Of a stretch of 64,000 bases of DNA, positions 31,232 to 41,866 are shown piece by piece. The position numbers were made by a program, and so were the translations under genes. The notes beneath the pieces were generated by a model. That model searched no databases. It was not told the DNA's origin and was given only the letters and a program-made list of their open reading frames with translations. The DNA lies in assembly GCA_964601205.1 (NCBI GenBank), contig CAZRML010000020.1, positions 68,683 to 132,682 on the forward strand, written 5' to 3'. How positions within the stretch are numbered: position 1 is the stretch's first letter; the number at the start of each line of letters is the position of its first letter. Source of the DNA: an uncultured Actinomycetota bacterium (GTDB lineage Bacteria > Actinomycetota > Humimicrobiia > Humimicrobiales > Humimicrobiaceae).

Positions 31232-32539
31232 ATGTTTTTAGATGAAGCAAAAATTAATGTTAAAGCAGGAAACGGCGGAAACGGAATAGTATCGTTTTTT
31301 AAATTAAAGGGCGGTAAAAAGAAAAGAGCCAGCGGAGGAAGTGGCGGAAGGGGCGGCAATGTGGTGATAAGAGCTTACGGGAATCTCAGTACCCTGTACG
31401 GCTTCAAAAAAAAGATACACCATAAAGCTGAAGATGGCAGAAGCGGCCAGTCAAATAATAGAAAAGGAGAAGATGGAAGAGATTTAATAATAAAAGTTCC
31501 CCCGGGCACTATTATTAGAAATAATGAAGGGGAAATAGTCGCAGACCTCGACAGCCCGGGAAAGGAAATAGTCATTGCTGAAGGCGGTATAGGCGGAAAG
31601 GGAAATGCAGGCTTTATATCTTCTAAGAGGAGATTTCCTGGATTTGCCGAAAAAGGGGAAAAAACAGAAGATTTCTGGATTAATCTGGAGCTGAGGCTTA
31701 TTGCCGATGTATCACTGGTAGGTTATCCCAATTGCGGAAAATCCACCATAATAAGCCGTATATCAGCGGCAAGGCCGAAGATAGCGGATTATCCCTTCAC
31801 AACTTTATCTCCAAACTTGGGGGTGGTATCTATAAGTGACGGGGATTTTGTAGTAGCGGATATACCGGGCCTTATTAAGGGTGCGCACAGAGGAGAGGGC
31901 CTGGGGGATAAGTTTTTAAGGCATATAACGCGTTCTGCACTGCTTGCTATAGTTCTTGACGGTGGGGAAATCTTAAATGAAGGGGAAGATATCACAGAGG
32001 ATTTTGATATTTTAAGAGAAGAAATAAGGCTATATAATATGGGTCTGTACAAAAAAGACTACCTGGTTCTGGTAAATAAGATTGACTTAATAGGTGATAA
32101 TGATAAGTTAAATAAAATAAAAAAGAAACTGGAGAAAAAGAGCGGAAGAAGTGTTTTTCTAATATCGGCAATTACCGGCCGGGGGCTTGATGAGCTGGTC
32201 TGGCACCTTTATGAGAGAGTAAAAAATTACAGAGAGAAAATTTCACTTTGCCAGGATGAGAATTATCCGGAAGGTGGCGGTGTAAAGGTCTACAGGTTAG
32301 ATAAAAGGCAGAGGGAAAAGAGTGAAACGGAAGTTTTGCTTAGTAATGGTGATTACGTAGTCAAAAATAAGGAGCTGGAAAAAATGGTGGCTATGACAGA
32401 TGTAGAAAATGAAGAAGCCCTTGAATATTTAATGAATAAGCTAAAGAATAGAGGGATTGCAGATATTCTTAAAAAAAGGGGCGTAAAAGAAGGAGACACT
32501 GTAATTATCGGAAATCTTGTTTTTTTATTTAAGGATTAA
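31232..32539 (+). CDS. obg: GTPase Obg/CgtA
   Basis: Glycine-rich Obg fold. G-domain motifs GYPNCGKST and DIPG. C-terminal OCT domain. Confidence 0.9.
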   Translation: MFLDEAKINVKAGNGGNGIVSFFKLKGGKKKRASGGSGGRGGNVVIRAYGNLSTLYGFKKKIHHKAEDGRSGQSNNRKGEDGRDLIIKVPPGTIIRNNEGEIVADLDSPGKEIVIAEGGIGGKGNAGFISSKRRFPGFAEKGEKTEDFWINLELRLIADVSLVGYPNCGKSTIISRISAARPKIADYPFTTLSPNLGVVSISDGDFVVADIPGLIKGAHRGEGLGDKFLRHITRSALLAIVLDGGEILNEGEDITEDFDILREEIRLYNMGLYKKDYLVLVNKIDLIGDNDKLNKIKKKLEKKSGRSVFLISAITGRGLDELVWHLYERVKNYREKISLCQDENYPEGGGVKVYRLDKRQREKSETEVLLSNGDYVVKNKELEKMVAMTDVENEEALEYLMNKLKNRGIADILKKRGVKEGDTVIIGNLVFLFKD

Positions 32540-32555
32540 TTATTGCGGGTGGCGC

Positions 32556-33692
32556 ATGAAAAGTAGAATTGAATATTTAAAAAGTGTCAGTAGACTGGTG
32601 GTAAAGATAGGGTCAAGCAGCCTTACTTCTGAAAAGGGTGGGCTTGATAGAGAGGGAATCAAGAAATTCGTAGATGAAGTAAGCTCCCTTATTAAAGCAG
32701 AAAAAGAAGTGATTATTGTGACCAGCGGTGCTATTGCTGCTGGCCTTGAGAGCCTTAAGATAAAAGAAAAACCGGAAGATTTAGCTTCACTCCAGGCGGC
32801 TGCTTCAGTGGGGCAGGTTGACCTGATGAACCTGTATGGCAGCTTCTTTATAAAAAATAATATAAAAACAGGACAGATACTCCTGACCCACGAAGATACA
32901 ACCAGGAGAAAGCAATATCTTAATATAAGAAATACCATAAAGAACCTTATTGATCTGAATATTGTTCCTATTATTAATGAAAATGATAGTGTGGCGGTGG
33001 ATGAAATAAAGTTTGGAGATAATGACCGGCTGGCTGCTATGGTAGCTGTCCTGGCAGAGGCGGATACTCTGATAATTTTAACTGATATTGAAGGAATGTA
33101 TGATAAAGACCCCAGGATTTATAGTAATGCAAAGCTTCTCTCGTTTATAGATAAGATAGATAGGGATATAGAAGATGCAGCAGGAGATATAGGTTCAAAT
33201 TATGGTATCGGGGGAATGAAATCCAAAATAAAAGCAGCAAGAATCTGCTCTTTTTCGGGCATAAGCACGGTTATTGCAAACAGCAAAACTGAAAATGTTT
33301 TAAACCGGGTTATTTCCGGGGATGATGTGGGAACTTTTTTCGCTCCGGGAGCTACCAGGAAAGTAAAAAGCATAAAAAAATGGATAGCGTTCGGGAAAAG
33401 GACAAAAGGCGTCATAATAGTTGATAAAGGTGCGGAGGAAGCTATATTGAACAGGGGAAAAAGTGTCCTGGCGGCAGGGATAGTCAGGGTGGAAGGGAGA
33501 TTCAATAAAGGCGATACTTTGAGAGTTTATTCAGTTGACGGAACATTGATCGCAAAAGGAATAAGTAATTTCTCAAGCGAGGATATAGAAAAAATAAAAG
33601 GCAAAAACAGGGAGAAAATTTTATCCGGCTTTGGAGATTCTATGTGCGGGGAAGTTATTCACAGGGATTGCCTGGTAGTTTTTAATGAATAA
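32556..33692 (+). CDS. proB: glutamate 5-kinase with C-terminal PUA domain
   Basis: ORF 32517-33692. Likely start ATG 32556 (MKSRIEY). Motif VVKIGSSSLT and a PUA domain at the C-terminus. Confidence 0.85.
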   Translation: MKSRIEYLKSVSRLVVKIGSSSLTSEKGGLDREGIKKFVDEVSSLIKAEKEVIIVTSGAIAAGLESLKIKEKPEDLASLQAAASVGQVDLMNLYGSFFIKNNIKTGQILLTHEDTTRRKQYLNIRNTIKNLIDLNIVPIINENDSVAVDEIKFGDNDRLAAMVAVLAEADTLIILTDIEGMYDKDPRIYSNAKLLSFIDKIDRDIEDAAGDIGSNYGIGGMKSKIKAARICSFSGISTVIANSKTENVLNRVISGDDVGTFFAPGATRKVKSIKKWIAFGKRTKGVIIVDKGAEEAILNRGKSVLAAGIVRVEGRFNKGDTLRVYSVDGTLIAKGISNFSSEDIEKIKGKNREKILSGFGDSMCGEVIHRDCLVVFNE

Positions 33693-33742
33693 TTTCATTA
33701 TCTGTTTTATGTTATAATAAATTTAAAAAACTGGAGGAATGA

Positions 33743-34999
33743 ATGGATAGGGTTGCTGAAATAGCAAAAAGAGCCAGAGAAAGTACCGGATTTATATCTA
33801 ATGCGGGAACAGATATTAAAAATAAAATACTTTATGATATTTCAGAGTATATTATTGCAGGCGTGGATGATATCGTAGAAGAAAATAAAAAAGACCTGGA
33901 AATATCCAGAAAGATGGGAATTTCGGAAAGCCTGATGGATAGGTTAAAGTTTGACAGGGAAAGAATAGAAAAAAAGGCCGAAAGCATAGATAAGGTCATT
34001 AAGTTCAATGACCCTGTGGGGGAAGTAATTTTTGGATATAATCTTGCCAATGGTTTGATTCTAAAGAATATCAGGGTTCCTCTGGGCGTTGTTGGAATAA
34101 TATATGAGGCAAGACCCGAGGTAACCATTGATGCGACAATTCTGTGCCTGAAGGCAGGTAACTGCATAATCCTCAGGGGTAGTTCCCATGCTCTTAACAC
34201 CAATAAAAAAATAGTGGAAATAATAGGCAAAGCCCTTAAAAAAAATAATTTTCCGGAAAGTGTCGTTCAGATTATACCATCTGCCGGGAGGGAGGATGTA
34301 GCACGGTTAATGCAGTTGAGGGAGTATATAGATGTCCTTATCCCGAGAGGCGGCAGGAGCCTGATAGAAAGTGTGGTTAAGAATTCAAGCGTACCTGTTA
34401 TTGAAACCGGAATAGGAAACTGCCATATTTATATTGATGAAATACTGCGCGGTTTGAGCAAAGATGAAATCACAGATATAATTTTAAATTCAAAAACTCA
34501 GAGGCCCAGTGTATGTAATGCAGCCGAGAAGTTGCTGGTTCATAAAAGCGTTGCCGGTGAGATGTTGCCTTTTATACTTAAGAAGCTTGAAGATAACAAT
34601 GTAAAACTTCTGGGATGTTCTGCAACAAAGAAAATTTATCCTTCTATTGAACTGGCTTCTGAGGAAGACTGGTACGAGGAGTATCTGGACTATAAAATGG
34701 CCGTCAGGGTAGTTGATGATATCAAGCAGGCGGTGTCTCATATAAATAAATATGGTTCGCATCACACCGAATCTATAATAACATCAGGTTATGAAAGTTC
34801 CATTTATTTTACCAGTGCGGTGGACTCATCTACGGTTTTTGTTAATGCTTCAACCCGTTTTACGGATGGAGAGCAGTTTGGGCTTGGTACGGAGATGGGT
34901 ATAAGTACCCAGAAACTCCACTGCCGTGGTCCCATGGGGTTGAGGGAGCTGACCACTAATAAATTCATAGTGTTTGGCAATGGCCAGGTAAGGGAGTAA
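33743..34999 (+). CDS. proA: gamma-glutamyl phosphate reductase
   Basis: ALDH-like fold with catalytic Cys in NCHIYIDE... and C-terminal GISTQKLHCRGPMGL. Confidence 0.85.
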   Translation: MDRVAEIAKRARESTGFISNAGTDIKNKILYDISEYIIAGVDDIVEENKKDLEISRKMGISESLMDRLKFDRERIEKKAESIDKVIKFNDPVGEVIFGYNLANGLILKNIRVPLGVVGIIYEARPEVTIDATILCLKAGNCIILRGSSHALNTNKKIVEIIGKALKKNNFPESVVQIIPSAGREDVARLMQLREYIDVLIPRGGRSLIESVVKNSSVPVIETGIGNCHIYIDEILRGLSKDEITDIILNSKTQRPSVCNAAEKLLVHKSVAGEMLPFILKKLEDNNVKLLGCSATKKIYPSIELASEEDWYEEYLDYKMAVRVVDDIKQAVSHINKYGSHHTESIITSGYESSIYFTSAVDSSTVFVNASTRFTDGEQFGLGTEMGISTQKLHCRGPMGLRELTTNKFIVFGNGQVRE

Positions 35000-35000
35000 G

Positions 35001-35636
35001 GTGGGAAAAAGTATTAAGAATTGTAAAAAAATTGGAATTATGGGGGGAACATTTAACCCAATACATCACGGGCATCTGGTTACTGCCCAGGAAGCGTTAA
35101 GTCAATTTGCACTCGATAGAGTAATTTTTATACCTACCGGAAATCCACCCCATAAAGTGGAAGACAGGTTAGCCATTGCCGAGGACAGGTATATTATGGC
35201 GGTTATTGCTACTTCTTCAAACAGTAGCTTTTTTGTATCAAGGATAGAAATAGAGAGGAAAGGTAAATCTTATACCATTGATACGGTGCGGCAGCTAAAA
35301 AAAATATACGGGAACGACTCACAGCTCTTTTTTATAACCGGTGCGGATGCTATACTTGAAATACTTACATGGAAAGATACGGATGAGATTGTTTCACTGT
35401 GTAAATTTATTGCAGCGACCCGGCCCGGATATAACCTTTCACGTCTTGAGGAACTAAAAAAAAGATTATTCAGAAGTAAAATAGTTACTGACAAAAGAAT
35501 ATTTGTAATGGAAATACCGGCTCTTTCTATTTCCTCAACCGATATAAGGAACAGGCTGAGAGATAATAGGCCAATAGATTATTTAGTGCCCGAGGGGGTA
35601 AGCAATTATATATTAAAACATGGACTTTATAGATAA
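35001..35636 (+). CDS. nadD: nicotinate-nucleotide adenylyltransferase
   Basis: GIMGGTFNPIHHGHL (H/TxGH motif). GTG start abutting the proA stop. Confidence 0.85.
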   Translation: MGKSIKNCKKIGIMGGTFNPIHHGHLVTAQEALSQFALDRVIFIPTGNPPHKVEDRLAIAEDRYIMAVIATSSNSSFFVSRIEIERKGKSYTIDTVRQLKKIYGNDSQLFFITGADAILEILTWKDTDEIVSLCKFIAATRPGYNLSRLEELKKRLFRSKIVTDKRIFVMEIPALSISSTDIRNRLRDNRPIDYLVPEGVSNYILKHGLYR

Positions 35637-36231
35637 ATTTGAATTAAACGGTGAGCAGAAGAAGTATCTCAAAGTAATTGATGATAAAATTAAAAAATTG
35701 ATGCCTGACAATTTATATAAGCATTCAATAAATACTCTCAGGTACGCAAATGAAATTGGTAAAAAATTTCTGCCCGGCATTGATTTATATAGCCTGAGTG
35801 TGGCATGTATTTTACATGATTATGGTAAAATTTTTAGTTATGGGGAACTGGTCAGGATAGCAAAGGAAAATGAGCTTGAAATCAGTGATTTTGAATTAAA
35901 TACCCCGCCAATTTTGCATAGTTTTGCAGGTTCTTACCTGGTTTCAAGAGATTTTGGCATTCATGATAGTAAAATACTGAAGGCAATAAAGTTTCATACC
36001 ACAGGGTATTGCAATATGAGTCTGGAGGATAAAATTTTATTTATTTCTGATAAAATTGAAAGAAGCAGAAATTATAATGGCGTGGAAGGTCTCAGGGCTA
36101 TTGCTTTTAAAAATATAAATTTATGTTTATTAGAAGTATATAAAAATACTATAATATATATTATGAACGGCAATAAATTCTTGCACCCTGATACTGCTAA
36201 AATTTGGAATAATATTTGTGGAGGTATTTAA
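35620..36231 (+). CDS. yqeK: HD-domain bis(5'-nucleosyl)-tetraphosphatase YqeK
   Basis: HD motif HSINTLRYAN...LHDYGK. Canonical nadD-yqeK-rsfS neighbourhood. Confidence 0.8.
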   Translation: MDFIDKFELNGEQKKYLKVIDDKIKKLMPDNLYKHSINTLRYANEIGKKFLPGIDLYSLSVACILHDYGKIFSYGELVRIAKENELEISDFELNTPPILHSFAGSYLVSRDFGIHDSKILKAIKFHTTGYCNMSLEDKILFISDKIERSRNYNGVEGLRAIAFKNINLCLLEVYKNTIIYIMNGNKFLHPDTAKIWNNICGGI

Positions 36232-36232
36232 C

Positions 36233-38035
36233 ATGTCTTTTGATGACAGAGATAAAGAGTTTGAGAACAAAAAATCTGATGAGGAAGATTTTTATGAGCT
36301 CAAACACAGGAGTAAAGATGATAGCGATGATTCTATGAATGATTTCCTTAAAGACGAAGATTTTGAGCTTGAAGGATACGATGATGAAGAAGAAGAAAAA
36401 AGTGTGGAAGGCGAGGGGCTAAGGAGCAAGAGGATAAAGCAGAGGAAAAATAGAAGAAAAGCCATTTTTAAAATTGCTGCTATATTATTTGTTCTGGTTA
36501 TGGTTGCTGTAGCCATAGTTTTCTGGCTTGTCCCCTGGGTTAAGGGCAGGTTTTTCTCTGAGACAGAGGTACCCGAAGAGGAAAGAATAACAATACCGGA
36601 GTCTCTGGTGCTTGGTGATGATGTTAATATAGTTTTCTCCTGTGCCGGCGAGAATCTTCTTGAGCCTGAAATAAGTTCCATTATCTTCTCCAGTTATTAC
36701 AGAGGTGAGAATAAATTAATATCATTATGTATACCGCCGCGAACACTTATGGAGATACCGGGTTTTGGCACAGAGGTAATAGGAAGGTCGGTAAATATAG
36801 GGGGCATGGATCTTATGAATCTTACCCTGGAGGATGACCTCGGTATGGATATAAAAATAGATTATCATATACTTTTTGACGTTTATAATACAGTAAACAA
36901 GCTGGGCGGCATAGATATTCAGCTGGATGAGGAAGTATCCATAAAAAATTATGATGATGGTTCAACTTTTAAGATGGAAAAAGGCAGCAATATCATTGAC
37001 GGGGCAGAAGCAGTAAATTTCCTCAAGTATTTCAGCGGGGTAGAGGAAGGTGTATCTGTAGGTGATATTACAAAACAGAAGTTAATAATAGACGCTATTA
37101 TTAAAAAAATTGTTGGTGGGAGCGAGGAAGAATTTGCCAACAATCTAAACCTGGTCAAAGACTATATGGAAACCAATTCAAGCATGGAGGATAGATTAAG
37201 GATATTTGCTGTGTTTTCAAGCCTGGAGCCGGAAAATAATTATGTTTACAGCCTTGATGTATCATCAAAAGAGCTTGAAGGTGAAGACGTTGTGTATGTT
37301 CCAGAGAATATATCAAGACTTGCCGGGATATTTAGCAGGGAGAGCGCCCCGGAATTAGAAGAAATCGGTGATTTCACAGAAATGGTAAAGATTACTGTAC
37401 TGAATGGAGCCTATGATTCTCCCGGAGCCTTTGGCCTTGCAGGAAACACTTCAGAAACTTTTAAAGGTTTAAAATTTGAAGATGGCGGGAATAAATATGA
37501 AGTAATTGAAATAGGTAACTCTGATAATGTTTATGAGGATACACAGATTCTGGTTTATTCTCCGGATGCAAATAAACTGGCTGCAGCCGGTGACATCAAG
37601 CAGGTTCTGGGAACAGGCAGTATTAATGTAAGAGAAGATGAAGTAACAGGGCCGGATATTATTGTGATTCTGGGGAAAGACTATCTGACTCTGGTAACTG
37701 AAGCCGGGGCAGATGAAGAAGCGGCAGACCAGCTGGTAAAAATAATTGTTTTGAACGGGGAAGGCACAGGTAATCTGGCAGGGACAGTTACCGATATAAT
37801 TGAAGATTATTTTAATTCCGAGGAAGAAAAAGTGGTAATGCTGGAGCCAAAAGATGCAGATAATTATAATTATACCCAGACGGAAATAACTATTTTTTCA
37901 TCCAGTGAAAGTGTAAATGAACTGGCACAGAGTATCATAGAAAGGCTTGGCACAGGTGTGATAAAATATTCAGAAGATAATGTACATAATGTGGATATCA
38001 GTGTAATAGTGGGGAGTGATTATACAAATCAGTGA
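36233..38035 (+). CDS. LytR-CpsA-Psr (LCP) family cell-wall glycopolymer transferase with acidic cytoplasmic N-tail and LytR_C domain
   Basis: ATG 36233, 7 nt after GGAGGT (ORF track begins at 36218). Acidic ~85-aa tail, one TM, LCP catalytic domain. Confidence 0.75.
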   Translation: MSFDDRDKEFENKKSDEEDFYELKHRSKDDSDDSMNDFLKDEDFELEGYDDEEEEKSVEGEGLRSKRIKQRKNRRKAIFKIAAILFVLVMVAVAIVFWLVPWVKGRFFSETEVPEEERITIPESLVLGDDVNIVFSCAGENLLEPEISSIIFSSYYRGENKLISLCIPPRTLMEIPGFGTEVIGRSVNIGGMDLMNLTLEDDLGMDIKIDYHILFDVYNTVNKLGGIDIQLDEEVSIKNYDDGSTFKMEKGSNIIDGAEAVNFLKYFSGVEEGVSVGDITKQKLIIDAIIKKIVGGSEEEFANNLNLVKDYMETNSSMEDRLRIFAVFSSLEPENNYVYSLDVSSKELEGEDVVYVPENISRLAGIFSRESAPELEEIGDFTEMVKITVLNGAYDSPGAFGLAGNTSETFKGLKFEDGGNKYEVIEIGNSDNVYEDTQILVYSPDANKLAAAGDIKQVLGTGSINVREDEVTGPDIIVILGKDYLTLVTEAGADEEAADQLVKIIVLNGEGTGNLAGTVTDIIEDYFNSEEEKVVMLEPKDADNYNYTQTEITIFSSSESVNELAQSIIERLGTGVIKYSEDNVHNVDISVIVGSDYTNQ

Positions 38036-38081
38036 TAAGAAAAATAGAACAGAAATTGCCAGAGGGCCGGAATTGAGAGAT

Positions 38082-38423
38082 ATGCCTGAAACTGTTAAAG
38101 AAGTTGCAAGGATAGCCGATGAAAAAAAGGCTGATTATGTAAAAATTCTGGATGTGAGCTCAAGGCTTATTATCACTGATTATTTCATAATAATAAGCGC
38201 TAAAAACACCCGATTAACCAGAAGAATAGAAGAGGAAATTTGCACTTATCTGAAGAAGAAGGGCCTGCTTCCCATAAATATCAGTGGATTGTCTGAAGGC
38301 AGATGGATTTTAGTTGATTTCAACTACTTTGTTATTCATATTTTTACCAATGAACTGAGGGAATACTATGAACTTGAAAGGCTCTGGAGGGATTCCAGGG
38401 AAATAAAATGGAACACAGGTTAA
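38082..38423 (+). CDS. rsfS: ribosomal silencing factor RsfS (Iojap)
   Basis: ORF 38016-38423. Likely start ATG 38082 (MPETVK). Motif DYFIIISAKNTRLTRRI. Confidence 0.8.
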   Translation: MPETVKEVARIADEKKADYVKILDVSSRLIITDYFIIISAKNTRLTRRIEEEICTYLKKKGLLPINISGLSEGRWILVDFNYFVIHIFTNELREYYELERLWRDSREIKWNTG

Positions 38424-38450
38424 TTTATTTATTCACGAAAGGATTTATAA

Positions 38451-41024
38451 TTGGGAAAAGCGAGTTTAAACAAATCTTATAATCCTCAGGAAATAGAAAA
38501 AAGGTTAATTGAGAAATGGGAAAAAGAAAAAATATATTCCCTTAAATCTTCAGAGGATGACCCAAAATACTATTTGCTGGAAATGTTTCCGTACCCTTCC
38601 GGGGAGCCGCACATGGGTCATGCAAGAAATTATACAATCGGGGATGTTGTGGCAAGGGTGCTTCACAGAAAAGGTTTCAATATCCTTCATCCCATTGGTT
38701 TTGATGCCTTCGGGCTCCCTGCAGAAAATGCAGCCATAAAAAATGGCCTCCATCCAAAAAAGAGCACCATGTCTAATATTGATAAAATGAGGAAAGCTCT
38801 GAGAAGAATGGGGATAAGTTATGATTTTAACGATGAGGTTATAACTTCTGAGCCCGATTATTATAAATGGACACAGTGGCTTTTTTTGTTGTTTTATAAA
38901 ATGGGGCTGGCGGAAAAAAAGGAGGCGCCGGTTAACTGGTGCAATTCCTGTCAGACTGTTCTGGCAAACGAGCAGGTGATTTCAGGCAAATGTGAAAGAT
39001 GCGGCAGCCCGGTTGAAAAGAGAAGGCTTTCGCAATGGTTCTTTAAAATTACCGATTATGCCCAGAGGCTTCTTGACGATATGGAACTTCTGAAGGGAGG
39101 GTGGCCGGAAAGAGTTCTTGCAATCCAGAGGAACTGGATTGGAAGGAGCGAGGGGGCTACTGTTAATTTCAAACTTGATGGACCCGGAGATATCAATATT
39201 CCCATATTTACCACCAGGCCGGATACTTTATTCGGGGTCACCTTTTTCATACTTGCTCCCGAGCACCCCCTGGTAGATAAAATTGTTGGGCCCGGAGAAC
39301 ATAAGAAGGATATTGAAAGAATAAGGGGTATAATTTCAAAACAGAGCGATATTGAACGCGGTTCAACCGAAGTGGAAAAAATAGGGTGTTTTACGGGAAG
39401 ATATGTAGTAAATCCACTTAATGGTGAGAAGGTTCCGGTATGGATTGCCAATTATGTTCTCATGGAATATGGGACCGGCGCCATAATGGCGGTTCCTGCC
39501 CATGACCAGAGGGATTTTGAATTTGCATCTAAATATAAAATTCACATTAAAGAGGTAATATCTCCCGATGGAAAGAGTCACCCTGTAATGGATGGTACTT
39601 ATACCGGTGAAGGGATAATGGTAAATTCAGGAGAATTCAGCGGTATTGGCTCGGAGGAAGGCAGGAAGAAAATTATCTCTTATCTTGAAAAAAATAATAT
39701 CGGTAAATTTAGCGTAAATTATAAATTAAAGGACTGGCTGATTTCAAGGCAGAGATACTGGGGGGCTCCGATTCCCGTTGTTTATTGTGATAAGTGCGGC
39801 ATAGTCCCTGTGCCGGAGAAAGATTTACCGGTGGTCCTTCCCTATGATGTAGATTTTAAGCCGAGGGGTCTGTCGCCACTGTCCTATAGCGATGAATTTG
39901 TAAATACCACCTGCCCCATATGCGGGGGGAAAGCAAAAAGGGAAACCGATACCATGGATACCTTTGTTTGCTCTTCCTGGTATTTTCTAAGATACTGCAG
40001 CCCTCATGATGACAGCCAGGCTTTTGACAGAAAAAAAGTGGATTACTGGATGCCTGTAGACCAGTATATAGGCGGAATAGAGCATGCCAGCATGCATCTT
40101 ATATATTCAAGGTTTTTTACCAAAGTCCTTTATGATAGAGGTCTTATTAAATTCAGGGAGCCGTTTACCAGATATTTTCCCCATGGTGTTGTAAATCTTG
40201 GCGGACAGAAAATGTCAAAATCAAAGGGCAATATTGTAAATCCATCTGAAATTTATAACCGCTACGGGGCAGACACGTTAAGATTGTATGTACTGTTTAT
40301 GGGTCCGGCGGACAGCCCTGTTGACTGGAGCGACACTGCGGTAGAAGGGGCGAACAGATTTTTAAAAAGGGTCTGGAGGCTGGTGGTTAGAAATATTGAG
40401 CTTATGAGTGAATTTAACAATAAAGATATAGATAAATCAGATATTTATAGTTCCCGGGAACATGGTGGGGGAAGAAATGATTCAATCAGGGACGCATACA
40501 ATGATGGAAAATTAAGCGGCCAGGGAAGGGAGTTATATAAAAAGTTGCACCAGACCATAAAAAAGGTAACGGATGATATTCTTGATAGATTTAATTTTAA
40601 CACCGCCATCAGCGCCATCATGGAACTGGTTAATATGTTTTACAAATACCAGGACGAAGTGGCAGATAACAGGAAAAATATTTTACTTGTAAGGGAAGTA
40701 ACCGGGAAATTGCTGGTACTTCTTTCTCCAATTGCTCCCTTCATTACCGAGGAGCTGTGGCTTATGTCAGGTAATGATGAAAGCATCCATAAAGTCAAAT
40801 GGCCCGGGTATGATAGTGAGATTGCAAAAGAAGAAATTACTACTATAGTATTTCAGGTAAATGGCAGGCTCAGAGATAAGACGGATCTGCCTGTGGGTAC
40901 ATCCGGTGAAAAATTAAAAGAATATGCCCTTTCATCTGAGAAAATAAGAAAATATATAGATGGCAGGAAAATAATAAAAGAGATAGTCGTGCCGGGGAAG
41001 CTGGTTAATATAGTTGCCAGATAA
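38451..41024 (+). CDS. leuS: leucine--tRNA ligase
   Basis: HIGH motif PYPSGEPHMGHARNYTIGD. CP1 editing domain. [11 protein letters not shown] start. Confidence 0.9.
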   Translation: MGKASLNKSYNPQEIEKRLIEKWEKEKIYSLKSSEDDPKYYLLEMFPYPSGEPHMGHARNYTIGDVVARVLHRKGFNILHPIGFDAFGLPAENAAIKNGLHPKKSTMSNIDKMRKALRRMGISYDFNDEVITSEPDYYKWTQWLFLLFYKMGLAEKKEAPVNWCNSCQTVLANEQVISGKCERCGSPVEKRRLSQWFFKITDYAQRLLDDMELLKGGWPERVLAIQRNWIGRSEGATVNFKLDGPGDINIPIFTTRPDTLFGVTFFILAPEHPLVDKIVGPGEHKKDIERIRGIISKQSDIERGSTEVEKIGCFTGRYVVNPLNGEKVPVWIANYVLMEYGTGAIMAVPAHDQRDFEFASKYKIHIKEVISPDGKSHPVMDGTYTGEGIMVNSGEFSGIGSEEGRKKIISYLEKNNIGKFSVNYKLKDWLISRQRYWGAPIPVVYCDKCGIVPVPEKDLPVVLPYDVDFKPRGLSPLSYSDEFVNTTCPICGGKAKRETDTMDTFVCSSWYFLRYCSPHDDSQAFDRKKVDYWMPVDQYIGGIEHASMHLIYSRFFTKVLYDRGLIKFREPFTRYFPHGVVNLGGQKMSKSKGNIVNPSEIYNRYGADTLRLYVLFMGPADSPVDWSDTAVEGANRFLKRVWRLVVRNIELMSEFNNKDIDKSDIYSSREHGGGRNDSIRDAYNDGKLSGQGRELYKKLHQTIKKVTDDILDRFNFNTAISAIMELVNMFYKYQDEVADNRKNILLVREVTGKLLVLLSPIAPFITEELWLMSGNDESIHKVKWPGYDSEIAKEEITTIVFQVNGRLRDKTDLPVGTSGEKLKEYALSSEKIRKYIDGRKIIKEIVVPGKLVNIVAR

Positions 41025-41104
41025 ATGCACTGGCATTATTAGTGCATGGCGTTCATTATAAAAACAGGCTCATTTTTCTTTAAAGTATTTTTATTGCCTC
41101 AATC

Positions 41105-41611
41105 TTAAATTTGTTTTATGATTGCTTTGCAAAATGCGGGAAGGTCACCGGGAACCCTGGAAGTTACGATGTTTCCGTCTACCACTACTTCACTATCTAT
41201 ATATTTTCCCCCGGCATTTTTTAAATCTGTAGATATTGCTTTATAACCGGTGACTTCTTTGCCCCTGACTATGCCGGCCTCTATAAGCATCCACCCGCCG
41301 TGGCAGATTGCCGCTATGACACTGCCCTGAAGAAAAGCTTTTTTTACCAGATTAACCATATCTTTATTGATTCTCATTTTATCGGGTGCATATCCTCCGG
41401 GAATAACTATTGCTACTGCATTACCGGTATCGGCCTGGGAAGAGGAAAGGTCTGATTTTAAGGTTACTCCAAATTTGCCCCGGTATTCTTTATCTTTTTC
41501 CGGCCCTACAATTTTAACATCATATCCTGCTTCCTTTAGCCTGTAGTATGGGTATATTGCTTCTTCGTCTCTGAATTCGTTTTCTATGAGTATGAATACT
41601 TCTTTTGCCAT
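41105..41611 (-). CDS. DJ-1/PfpI family protein (class-I glutamine amidotransferase-like)
   Basis: Nucleophile elbow AICHGGWML. Start ATG at 41611 (MAKEVFILIENEF), preceded by AAGGAG on the minus strand. Confidence 0.8.
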   Translation of the reverse strand: MAKEVFILIENEFRDEEAIYPYYRLKEAGYDVKIVGPEKDKEYRGKFGVTLKSDLSSSQADTGNAVAIVIPGGYAPDKMRINKDMVNLVKKAFLQGSVIAAICHGGWMLIEAGIVRGKEVTGYKAISTDLKNAGGKYIDSEVVVDGNIVTSRVPGDLPAFCKAIIKQI

Positions 41612-41866
41612 GGAATTCTCCTTTTTTATATTTTTTTCAATAATTATTGTATCAGTATTTTTTATTATATTCATCACTGCTTTTGTAAAAATTATAACAT
41701 TACCGCGCAGATCTAGCTTAAACAGGAATTTTCTGCATTAAAAACTTAAAAATTTTTTTTATTTATTTTTTTGCCTAATTATGTTAATGTGTATATATAC
41801 AAAAATATTTATGAGTAAATCACAGCGCTTTATTTTGCAGCATCTTTAAGGTTACGGTAATTATTT

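Noticed and set aside
38509-38739. 76-aa plus-strand ORF and 67-aa minus-strand ORF at the leuS 5' end
   Set aside because: Alternative-frame or antisense ORFs inside leuS. The HIGH motif is in the leuS frame.
41025-41104. Possible terminator hairpin ATGCACT-N9-AGTGCAT after leuS
   Set aside because: No U-tract follows the stem. At most a weak or protein-dependent terminator.
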